A DNA stretch of 64,000 nucleotides from a virus, in IMG/VR virus record IMGVR_UViG_3300025133_008097, positions 1 to 64,000 of that record; one strand, given 5' to 3'. A program made the position numbers and the translations under genes. Below the pieces are notes generated by a model. The model was not told the DNA's origin and did not search any database. It was given only the letters and a program-made list of their open reading frames with translations. Positions 1 to 7,727 of the stretch are shown one piece after another; position 1 is the stretch's first letter, and every line of letters starts with the position of its first letter.

Positions 1-26
1 AACCGGTTATTTCAACTAAATACTGT

Positions 27-611
27 ATGAATGATTACTTTAAATTAGGCCTTATGGTCATTATTTATGTTTGTCTTATTGCATTTAGTATATGCTCTCT
101 AGCTACTCCCTCGGGGGCGAGCGACTATGTGAGTAATCATATCCGCATCCCGGCCGTACATAACGCACCCCCGAAAGTGGGTACGTGGTTTAGGACCCCT
201 ACAGTGATAGTGTGCGAGCATGCTCCGATCACCAATGCTCAAATCAACAGTGCTACAGCCTTTTGGGAGAGTCTCGGGTATCGGTTTTATACCACTCAAT
301 ATAAACACGACCCCCTTAATAAATGCCTCTCGGGAACTCCAGAAGGTTATATCCTTGTACGTCTCGTTTCAACAGACATTAAACTAGAGGAGTCGGCGCT
401 GGCCCAAACACATTTTTTTGTCGACAATGATACCGGCGAAATAGACTGGGCTGTAATTTATATGCGAAATGACATAAGGAAGACAGTATTGGAGCATGAA
501 TTGGGACATGCCTTAGGATTCTTGCACTATAATAAAATTAATCATCTTATGAATGAAAAGTGGACCATGGGCGGTTGGGACAAGAACGGACTAGAAAACA
601 AGCGACGATAG
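27..611 (+). CDS. Secreted/membrane-anchored metzincin (matrixin-like) zinc metalloprotease
   Basis: HELGHALGFLH fits HExxHxxGxxH, followed by a Met-turn (HLMNE); hydrophobic N-terminal segment LGLMVIIYVCLIAFSICSLA. Confidence 0.75.
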   Translation: MNDYFKLGLMVIIYVCLIAFSICSLATPSGASDYVSNHIRIPAVHNAPPKVGTWFRTPTVIVCEHAPITNAQINSATAFWESLGYRFYTTQYKHDPLNKCLSGTPEGYILVRLVSTDIKLEESALAQTHFFVDNDTGEIDWAVIYMRNDIRKTVLEHELGHALGFLHYNKINHLMNEKWTMGGWDKNGLENKRR

Positions 612-787
612 GTGATTTGGTAATCTGTGTGGACCCTGCGCGCAAAGATATCCATGGACATAATCGTAGATTTGTTGGATTAGTGCTTGACAAATCCATC
701 ACAGTCTATAAAATACAAGTAGTAGATACGGCCGAGATATTTTACTGGCCCGAAGATGCCACCTATTTATGGAAGGAAATAAAATGA
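560..787 (+). CDS. Small hypothetical protein (IGDLV, SH3/KOW-like small phage protein); true start uncertain, probably downstream of 560
   Basis: Fills the gap between two + strand genes; the IGDLVIC...VGLVLD pattern is typical of small phage beta-barrel proteins. Confidence 0.45.
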   Translation: MDHGRLGQERTRKQATIGDLVICVDPARKDIHGHNRRFVGLVLDKSITVYKIQVVDTAEIFYWPEDATYLWKEIK

Positions 788-1032
788 AGACAGAACAAGG
801 AACAAAAGAGACTCATCAGGATGGCCCATCATGGAAGATTGTTGCCAGATACCCAACATATGATGAAGCCGATCAGAAGCGCCTCGAATTGGCCATAGAA
901 CAAGATATGCAAGTGAAGGTTCACTGGCAAGGAAAGGCGTCAAGTCGATATTATGCGGTTAAGGCGCGCCAAGATCCGGAGAAGGCGCCACCCAAGCGCA
1001 CTAAGAATTCCCAAAAAGGAAAAAGGAAATGA
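784..1032 (+). CDS. Hypothetical basic protein
   Basis: ATG at 784 with GGAAGG SD-like motif upstream; stop overlaps the next start (ATGA). Confidence 0.55.
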   Translation: MKTEQGTKETHQDGPSWKIVARYPTYDEADQKRLELAIEQDMQVKVHWQGKASSRYYAVKARQDPEKAPPKRTKNSQKGKRK

Positions 1033-1331
1033 CTTTTCGAATCACTTCATATAGTGATCTTGGTGCCAGGGAACTCGACGGATCCCCCGAAAGCCATGAC
1101 ACAATAAAGAACACCGTCCCGGCCGGCTGGATATGGTTCGGGGGGCTTATATTCGATATTCGCACTGATGCGACGTCGTGTATAAATCTATATAAAGAGC
1201 ACGTTCCTACTTGCGATCGCGGCGCCTGTGCCTTTAGAACAGAAGCTCCAGAAATGAAGGTTATAAAAAGAGGAGGATCTTCAGATCCCCACTTTTTAAT
1301 TATCACGAGGCCTGTGGCTGTTGAGTCGTGA
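1029..1331 (+). CDS. Hypothetical protein
   Basis: Translationally coupled on both sides (ATGA, GTGA); AGGA upstream. Confidence 0.55.
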   Translation: MTFRITSYSDLGARELDGSPESHDTIKNTVPAGWIWFGGLIFDIRTDATSCINLYKEHVPTCDRGACAFRTEAPEMKVIKRGGSSDPHFLIITRPVAVES

Positions 1332-1870
1332 TGCGTACCGAAACTCGGCGCCAACGCTATGATAAAAAACTTAAAACTGCCAAGAAGTATCCGATTAGTC
1401 TCTGCGCTATCAATTTCCGCGTTGATGATAATCTTGGGTATTTGGTTAGGAGTGCTGCTTGCTTTGGCGCAGAGCGGCTTTATGTGGTTGGACACGTTCC
1501 TGAGCGCAGCCGCATAAAGGCTCCCTCTGGGAGTTTGATTGATTATGTCGAAATTGTCTCGTTTGCCACACCACGAGATTTCGTGGACTACGCGCAAGAA
1601 GAAGAAATTCAAATCGTCGCTGCAGAGTTGGTGGAAGAAGCAACACCCCTGGCTTCTTATGCTTTCGATTTTGATCGCCACGTGTGTTTGGTGGTGGGTA
1701 ACGAAGAATCAGGAGTTCCCGCTGAAATAATTTCTCATTCTGCTGTAATATATATAGAAATGCCGGGCATCGGGTATTGTTTAAATACTGCTCAAACAGG
1801 TAACCTTGTGTTATATGAAGCAGTGAGACAATACCAGAAGGTAATGTCTATAGCATCTCCAGTAAACTAG
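1328..1870 (+). CDS. SpoU/TrmH-family (SPOUT) RNA 2'-O-methyltransferase
   Basis: Three SPOUT motifs: DNLGYLVRSAACFG, VVGNEESGV and MPGIGYCLNTAQ. Confidence 0.85.
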   Translation: MMRTETRRQRYDKKLKTAKKYPISLCAINFRVDDNLGYLVRSAACFGAERLYVVGHVPERSRIKAPSGSLIDYVEIVSFATPRDFVDYAQEEEIQIVAAELVEEATPLASYAFDFDRHVCLVVGNEESGVPAEIISHSAVIYIEMPGIGYCLNTAQTGNLVLYEAVRQYQKVMSIASPVN

Positions 1871-1895
1871 TTAAAAGACAAGGACTTATATAGCT

Positions 1896-2105
1896 ATGTC
1901 AGACGATCAAAGAAAAAAAATACCAGCTTTCTTAAAAACCGTTTATCTTTCCAATCGAGAAATACGTTTAATTTTGGCCGGCTTGTATTCTTTGGGAATG
2001 TCGGAAGAAGAGGTACAAAGCACTTTGTGGAAAAAGCTTTTGTTTGAGAAGCTGCACAAAAAAGTTCGGCGCCGCCGAAAGACTGATTCCAATGATTCGC
2101 GATGA
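1896..2105 (+). CDS. Hypothetical protein
   Basis: Short ORF in co-directional operon context. Confidence 0.5.
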   Translation: MSDDQRKKIPAFLKTVYLSNREIRLILAGLYSLGMSEEEVQSTLWKKLLFEKLHKKVRRRRKTDSNDSR

Positions 2106-2304
2106 GATAATTTTAAAAGCAGCCATACAGTTTGACCCCGAATGGGACTATGACTTTCGCAAAGGAACCTTGGGTCTAACTTTATATGTTCATGCTGATT
2201 GTAAGGAAAAAGCCCATCTTATAAGAAAAACGATCCCCGGAGATTTTGAAGGATACCCAGTGATTGTAACCTATAATGCCGGTAACTGGTATGATAATCC
2301 CTGA
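2092..2304 (+). CDS. Hypothetical protein
   Basis: ATG at 2092 (MIRDEII) within the ORF called at 2044; overlaps the upstream gene end. Confidence 0.5.
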   Translation: MIRDEIILKAAIQFDPEWDYDFRKGTLGLTLYVHADCKEKAHLIRKTIPGDFEGYPVIVTYNAGNWYDNP

Positions 2305-2326
2305 GGTTACCGGCTAGATATTATCT

Positions 2327-2590
2327 ATGACTATTGAATTAGTGTTGTTCATTTCTGTGGTTGGTATATTGTTTAATATGATCAGTTTATGGGCTATCAC
2401 CCGTGTAAAAAACGTTCAGATAGAAGTTTTTCGTCGCGCGTGGACGCGCCTAAATTATTTAGAAGTGGGAATGTCTTACCATGGTTTAATTCCGATGCCT
2501 TGGGAAGTAGAAGAGATAGATGATATCGTTAATGAAATAAAAGCTTTTAAACAAGAAGGAAATGTTGTATACTTACAAAAAGAAGAGTAG
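2327..2590 (+). CDS. Hypothetical membrane protein
   Basis: N-terminal hydrophobic helix IELVLFISVVGILFNMISLWAI. Confidence 0.55.
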   Translation: MTIELVLFISVVGILFNMISLWAITRVKNVQIEVFRRAWTRLNYLEVGMSYHGLIPMPWEVEEIDDIVNEIKAFKQEGNVVYLQKEE

Positions 2591-2666
2591 TGCGGTGTAG
2601 CTCAGTTGGTAGAGCGGCTGACTGTTAATCAGCTAGCCGCTGGTTCGAGTCCAGCCACCGCAGCCA
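2591..2666 (+). tRNA. trnN: tRNA-Asn (anticodon GTT) with encoded CCA
   Basis: Acceptor stem TGCGGTG/CACCGCA; D arm GCTC-AGTTGGTA-GAGC; anticodon arm GCTGA-CTGTTAA-TCAGC; T arm GCTGG-TTCGAGT-CCAGC; discriminator G then CCA; 76 nt. Confidence 0.97.
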
Positions 2667-2689
2667 TTTTATATATTAAGGAAAAAAGA

Positions 2690-2956
2690 ATGTCTGATAA
2701 TGAAACAGAAACCCGGATAGCGTCACAACTCTTGCGGGCAGCACTAGCTCAATTTGATGCTGAACGGCATAATGCCTTAGCCACATTGGACCTCTATCTT
2801 CATAGAAGCACTGCAATTGGAGACCATCCAAATGTGGTGGAGGAGGTAATAAAAGCAACCAGGGATCTGGCTGCTGCAGAAGAGTCTATCGAGGCTTTAG
2901 AAAGAAACTTTCTTTCCAATACCTCCCCCTTTCCGGACTCCGCCGATGCCGAATAG
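2690..2956 (+). CDS. Hypothetical helical/coiled-coil protein
   Basis: ATG at 2690 after AAGGA; the longer ORF called from 2606 runs through the tRNA and is not credible. Confidence 0.6.
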   Translation: MSDNETETRIASQLLRAALAQFDAERHNALATLDLYLHRSTAIGDHPNVVEEVIKATRDLAAAEESIEALERNFLSNTSPFPDSADAE

Positions 2957-3464
2957 AACACCCTATACAACCATTTGTGTGTCTGGGGGTTTCGACCCTG
3001 TACATATTGGACACCTACGCATGATGGAAGAAGCCGCACAGCACGGTAATTTAATTGTTATTGTAAACTCTGATAAGTGGCTGATGAGAAAAAAGGGCTA
3101 TATTTTTATGCCCTTTAAAGAAAGATGTGAAATCCTGCAGGGTTTCGGCTGTGTATCTGATACAACCTATGTGGACGATACGGATGATAGTGTTTGCGAA
3201 GCGCTTAAGCGCTTGAAGCCCGACTATTTTGCCAACGGGGGTGATCGTAAAACAGACAATACGCCAGAAATGACAGTTTGTAATGAATTGGGGATCGAGT
3301 TGGTGTGGAATGTGGGCGGCGGCAAAATTCAAAGCTCTTCTACTTTAGTCAGTGACTCGGGCCTGCTTATCCAAACCGTGAAGGAAATTGACGGCATTGA
3401 TGTAACTCCGAGTAGGGTGGACATTGTCTCGGGAGGAGATGTGGCCAAGAACGGTGAGTATTAG
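2946..3464 (+). CDS. HIGH-superfamily cytidylyl/adenylyltransferase (TagD/RfaE-C-like)
   Basis: SGGFDPVHIGH motif, VIVNSD, LKPDYFANGGD and SSS motif. Confidence 0.85.
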   Translation: MPNRTPYTTICVSGGFDPVHIGHLRMMEEAAQHGNLIVIVNSDKWLMRKKGYIFMPFKERCEILQGFGCVSDTTYVDDTDDSVCEALKRLKPDYFANGGDRKTDNTPEMTVCNELGIELVWNVGGGKIQSSSTLVSDSGLLIQTVKEIDGIDVTPSRVDIVSGGDVAKNGEY

Positions 3465-3470
3465 CACCAG

Positions 3471-3496
3471 GGCCCTACTTATTTATAGACAGGGCC
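3471..3496 (+). promoter_or_regulatory. Hairpin (GGCCCT...AGGGCC) enclosing a TATTTATA motif immediately upstream of the phoH start
   Basis: Inverted repeat 3471-3476/3491-3496, TATTTATA at 3480-3487, ATG at 3500. Confidence 0.45.
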
Positions 3497-3499
3497 TAT

Positions 3500-4816
3500 A
3501 TGAGTCGTAAAAAAATATATGTATTAGATACTAGTGTTTATTTAACTAATGCCGAGTGTCTCTATGCCTTTAAAAACCATGATATTCACGTGCCTCTTAA
3601 GGTATTCGAGGAAATAGATAAACACAAGAAGCGTCAAGATGCCGTTGGTGCCCAGGCACGCAAAATCATACGTATTTGGGATGAGCTAAGAGCCTCAGGA
3701 TCTCTAGATAAGGGAGTCAGGATTCGAAAGGGTCTTGGGATTATTAAATCGATTAGTGCTGCGGGCCTCACCGCCGCTGACCTCCCTCGTGATTTGGACA
3801 TTAAGGTTCCCGATCACCTAATCATCGCAACCGCACTTAAAGCCCAGCGCGAAGGCACCCCCAAAGTAATCTTGGTTTCGCGCGATATCAATATGCGTGT
3901 GATTGCAGATGCAGTCGGACTTAATTCCGAAGACTTTCAAAGCAATCAAATTGTTGATCATAGTGAAAACATCTTTGAGGGCTGCACCACAGTATTGGTA
4001 GATGATCAAATCATTGATCGGTTTTATGAGAAGCAAAGCGTCTACCTAGAAGAGCCGGGCCTGTTTCCTAATCAATACGTAATGATGGTTTCCAATGCTA
4101 ACGCAAAAAAGACAGCGCTTGGAAAATATATCAACAAGGCAACCCCCTTGCGTCAGTTACTAAAGAGTCAAAAAATCTGGGGCATTAAGCCTCGCAACAA
4201 AGAACAACAATTTCTTATGGATGCTTTGATGGACCCCGCGGTGCAAATAGTAACCGTTATCGGCAAAGCAGGTAGCGGTAAGACGATCTGTGCGATCGCG
4301 GCAGGGCTTGAGCAGACCATCGACGAGGTGAAACAGGAATACACTCGCGTAATCGTCTCACGACCCGTACAGCCGCTTGGAAAGGACATAGGCTTCCTCC
4401 CGGGAACCATGGAGGAGAAGATGTCACCTTGGCTAATGCCTATCCAGGACAATCTCCAATTTTTGATGGGAAATGATAAAATAACTCTTGACATTTATAT
4501 GCAAAAGGGTACAATAGAGATAGAAGCATTGACTTACATTCGTGGTCGCTCAATCTCAAATGCCTTTATCATAATTGATGAGGCACAAAACTTGACAACT
4601 CACGAATTAAAGACTATAATAACAAGAGTGGGTGAAGGAACGAAAATTGTGTTGACCGGTGACGTAGAACAAATTGATAATGTTTATATCGATGCGACGT
4701 CTAACGGCTTAACACATGCTGTAGAAAAGTTCAAGAAGTTTGAGCTAGCCTCACACGTTACCTTACACAAGGGTGAGAGATCTAAAGTCGCCACCTTCGC
4801 CGCACAGAATTTGTGA
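3500..4816 (+). CDS. phoH: PhoH-family ATPase with N-terminal PIN domain (PhoH2/YlaK-like)
   Basis: PIN motifs VLDTSV, VFEEID, PDHLII, LVSRDINMR; Walker A GKAGSGKT; GFLPG, RGRS, IIIDEAQN and GDVEQID PhoH motifs. Confidence 0.93.
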   Translation: MSRKKIYVLDTSVYLTNAECLYAFKNHDIHVPLKVFEEIDKHKKRQDAVGAQARKIIRIWDELRASGSLDKGVRIRKGLGIIKSISAAGLTAADLPRDLDIKVPDHLIIATALKAQREGTPKVILVSRDINMRVIADAVGLNSEDFQSNQIVDHSENIFEGCTTVLVDDQIIDRFYEKQSVYLEEPGLFPNQYVMMVSNANAKKTALGKYINKATPLRQLLKSQKIWGIKPRNKEQQFLMDALMDPAVQIVTVIGKAGSGKTICAIAAGLEQTIDEVKQEYTRVIVSRPVQPLGKDIGFLPGTMEEKMSPWLMPIQDNLQFLMGNDKITLDIYMQKGTIEIEALTYIRGRSISNAFIIIDEAQNLTTHELKTIITRVGEGTKIVLTGDVEQIDNVYIDATSNGLTHAVEKFKKFELASHVTLHKGERSKVATFAAQNL

Positions 4817-4823
4817 GAGAAAA

Positions 4824-5072
4824 ATGGAAAAAGTAGAAAAAAATCCCGATCTCGTTATTCCCATTAAGAGCACCAACGCTCTTAAGGAATTGATCGTGGA
4901 GTATGTGGGAGAGAAACTGCAACCAGAAAATGATGAAGTTACTGTTGAGATGATTATAGATGTCTTCAGTACAGATTTTCCCGAATTTTTAATGCCTATC
5001 GCGGAAGAAAATTATATACGCGGATATGAGCAAGCACTTGATGATGTAGAGAAAACGATCCCGGGGAAGTAA
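4824..5072 (+). CDS. Hypothetical acidic protein
   Basis: ATG at 4824 after GAGAG; TAATG coupling to the next gene. Confidence 0.6.
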   Translation: MEKVEKNPDLVIPIKSTNALKELIVEYVGEKLQPENDEVTVEMIIDVFSTDFPEFLMPIAEENYIRGYEQALDDVEKTIPGK

Positions 5073-5689
5073 TGGAATATTACATTTATAATATTCCTCT
5101 TTTTTTGTTGGGCGACTCACCACCATCCGTCGACATTCCCTCTTTTTGTAAAGAGGTAGAAGAGTTGATACCAGAGCCACTTCTGCGCAACGTTGATGTT
5201 GTGTATGTAGGGAAATTCCAGGAAATGCAGAATCGAAATGCAGCTTATAGTAATGGTGCAATATATATTACCGGGGATGAACCGACTGTTCACGATATGG
5301 TCGAAGATTTCGTTCACGAAACTGCGCACTCACTAGAGATTGATAGTGGGTGGGATATATATGATGACAAGCTACACCAAGAATTTTTAGGCAAACGCCG
5401 GCGCCTTCGTAGTATACTAGAAGCGGAGGGATTTGATCTAAGTCCCCAACTATACGAATTTACCGAGTATAATAAAAAATTTGATCACTTTTTGGCCAAT
5501 ACTGTAGGTTATCCCCTTTTGGTGAACCTTACAATGGGCCTTTTTGCATCTCCTTATGGAGCAACATCACTTCAAGAGTATTTTGCTAATGGTTTTGAGA
5601 AATACTTTTTGGATGGTCCAGAAGTTATCCGCCAGATTAGTCCAGTGCTTTACACTAAGATAGAAACAGTTTTAAATGACAACACGTGA
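5072..5689 (+). CDS. Putative HExxH zinc metallopeptidase (zincin; lethal-factor/Pro-Pro endopeptidase-like signature)
   Basis: FVHETAHSLE plus a distal EYFANGFEKYF third-ligand-type motif. Confidence 0.55.
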   Translation: MEYYIYNIPLFLLGDSPPSVDIPSFCKEVEELIPEPLLRNVDVVYVGKFQEMQNRNAAYSNGAIYITGDEPTVHDMVEDFVHETAHSLEIDSGWDIYDDKLHQEFLGKRRRLRSILEAEGFDLSPQLYEFTEYNKKFDHFLANTVGYPLLVNLTMGLFASPYGATSLQEYFANGFEKYFLDGPEVIRQISPVLYTKIETVLNDNT

Positions 5690-6455
5690 ACACATATCAT
5701 ATTCCGAACTAAAAGATTGGACAACATGTCCACATTATCACAAAAAAGCGTGGGTGGAAAGAGTCGCGACTTTTGAGGGCAATGAGTATACGGCCTTTGG
5801 AACTGCTATTCACGATGTCTGCGAAAAGAAGCTCCTAAAAGAAGAGATCGACGAAGCCGAGATGTTCCAGATCGGTTTTAATAAAAAACTCCAAGAGCTA
5901 ATGGAAAAAAATATCGAGGTAAATGGAACAAATGTTGAACAAATGCGAACAGCAGGACCTGCAATACTGGCCCAAGTAGAAGATGCTCTAGGGGACTACT
6001 TTGGTGATTACGAGGTATTCTCTTCGGAGGAAATGCTTTATGTACCCATTGAAAATTTCAATATCAACTTCAAAGGATTTGTGGATGCGGTTGTGAAGGT
6101 GGGAGACACTTATCACTTATTTGACTGGAAAACCTGCTCGTGGGGCTGGGATTCTCGCCGGAAGAGCCAAAAGATGGTAACATATCAGCTAACTTTGTAT
6201 AAACATTTCTTCTGTCAAAAGCACCAAATTGACCCTCAAAAGGTTGAAACTCACTTTGCATTGTTAAAAAGAACGGCCAAAAAAGACCGTGTAGAGATAT
6301 TTAGAGTAACGAGCGGTCCAAAGAAAACTGAAAACGCTCTTAAACTTCTCTATCAAGCAATCTATAATATCACTAAAAGATTTAGCATCAAGAATAGGCT
6401 GAATTGTCATAAACCCTATCCTTGCAAATTGCTTAATACCGAACATTGCCCATAA
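5676..6455 (+). CDS. PD-(D/E)XK exonuclease, Cas4/AddB/RecB-like, with probable Fe-S cysteines
   Basis: ISYSEL...CP, GTAIH, KGFVD, FDWKT and QLTLY motifs; one N-terminal and three C-terminal Cys. Confidence 0.8.
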   Translation: MTTREHISYSELKDWTTCPHYHKKAWVERVATFEGNEYTAFGTAIHDVCEKKLLKEEIDEAEMFQIGFNKKLQELMEKNIEVNGTNVEQMRTAGPAILAQVEDALGDYFGDYEVFSSEEMLYVPIENFNINFKGFVDAVVKVGDTYHLFDWKTCSWGWDSRRKSQKMVTYQLTLYKHFFCQKHQIDPQKVETHFALLKRTAKKDRVEIFRVTSGPKKTENALKLLYQAIYNITKRFSIKNRLNCHKPYPCKLLNTEHCP

Positions 6456-6464
6456 GGAACTAAA

Positions 6465-7727
6465 ATGTCTGATAAAATCAAGATTTTCACTATTAGTGAT
6501 CATCCTCTTTCACCTTCTGGGGTGGGTACCCAAACTCGATATATTATCGAAGGCCTGCTCAAGACAGGTAAATATCAAGTGGTATCTTTTGGGGGAGCCA
6601 TCACACATCCAGACCACACACCACAGAAAACTGAATTGTGGGGGGAAGACTGGATTATTTGGCCCGTCGACGGCTATGGAACACCAGATCAAGTCCGAGC
6701 AATGATCAGCCAACAGAAACCGGATATTTTGTGGTTTATGACAGACCCCCGGTTTTATGAGTGGCTTTGGAGCATTGAAAATGAAATCCGCGCGCAAGTA
6801 CCGATGGTGTACTATCATGTGTGGGACAACTACCCCTATCCAAATTTTAATGGGCGGTATTATCGGTCCAACGATCATGTCGCGTGCATCTCTACTCTTA
6901 CACACGACATCCTCCAGAATGTAGCACCCACAGTTGACAGTAGTTATATCCCACACGCAGTGGATACTGACATTTTCAAAAAGTTTGAATCTCAAGAAGA
7001 GATCGAAACATTCCGACAAGAGCGCATGGGCCCAGAGGCCTCCAAAAAGTTTCTCTTTTTCTGGAACAATCGCAACGCCCGCCGCAAACAGTCGGGTAGC
7101 CTTATCTATTGGTTTAAAGCATTCCTTGATAAAGTGGGCCACGATAAAGCGGCCCTTATTATGCATACGGACCCCAAAGATCACAACGGTCAAGACCTAG
7201 AACACATTATTGGTGAACTAGGCCTTGTTGACGGGGAAGTCTTGTTCTCGAAAGAGAAGTTGGAAGCTCCCGATCTTGCAGCTGTCTATAATATGATCGA
7301 TTGCACCATTAATATATCAGATGCCGAAGGGTTTGGCCTCGCCACCCTGGAGGCTATGTCGTGCGAAAAGCCCATCATTGTAAACCTCACAGGAGGAATG
7401 AAAGACCAGATTACTGATGGTAAAACGGTTTTTGGTGTTGGTATTGAGCCCGTGTCCAAGGCAGTCATCGGCTCACAGAATGTGCCTTATATTTATGAAG
7501 ACAGACTATCAGAGGAGTCAGTTGTTAACGCGATGCTGGAAATGTATAACAAAACACCAGATGAGCGCGCTGAAATTGGCCGCTTAGCCCGAGAATATGT
7601 AGAAAACAAATTTAATTTGGAAGACTATGTTGAACGATGGGACACTCTACTCATGAGTATTCACGAGGACAAGGGATCTTGGACAACACGACAGAATTAT
7701 AAATCTTATGACGTAGGAGTCTTTTAA
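6465..7727 (+). CDS. Glycosyltransferase, GT4/GT-B fold
   Basis: SPSGVG, HAVDTDIF, RNARRK and SDAEGFGLATLEAMSCEKPII motifs. Confidence 0.9.
   Translation: MSDKIKIFTISDHPLSPSGVGTQTRYIIEGLLKTGKYQVVSFGGAITHPDHTPQKTELWGEDWIIWPVDGYGTPDQVRAMISQQKPDILWFMTDPRFYEWLWSIENEIRAQVPMVYYHVWDNYPYPNFNGRYYRSNDHVACISTLTHDILQNVAPTVDSSYIPHAVDTDIFKKFESQEEIETFRQERMGPEASKKFLFFWNNRNARRKQSGSLIYWFKAFLDKVGHDKAALIMHTDPKDHNGQDLEHIIGELGLVDGEVLFSKEKLEAPDLAAVYNMIDCTINISDAEGFGLATLEAMSCEKPIIVNLTGGMKDQITDGKTVFGVGIEPVSKAVIGSQNVPYIYEDRLSEESVVNAMLEMYNKTPDERAEIGRLAREYVENKFNLEDYVERWDTLLMSIHEDKGSWTTRQNYKSYDVGVF

Noticed and set aside
1001-1681. 226-aa minus-strand ORF (and all other minus-strand ORFs, e.g. 6510-7193 and 38655-39146)
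   Set aside because: They fully overlap well-supported + strand genes, have no recognisable motifs and look like shadow frames
2315-2327. Palindrome TAGATA-T-TATCTA overlapping the 2327 start
   Set aside because: It is short, AT-rich and seen only once; it could be an operator but there is no independent support
2606-2689. N-terminal extension of ORF 2606-2956
   Set aside because: It runs through the tRNA-Asn gene; the ATG at 2690 has an SD-like motif
5676-6455. CRISPR-Cas locus
   Set aside because: Only a solo Cas4-like nuclease is present; there are no repeat-spacer arrays, no other cas genes and no intergenic space for an array
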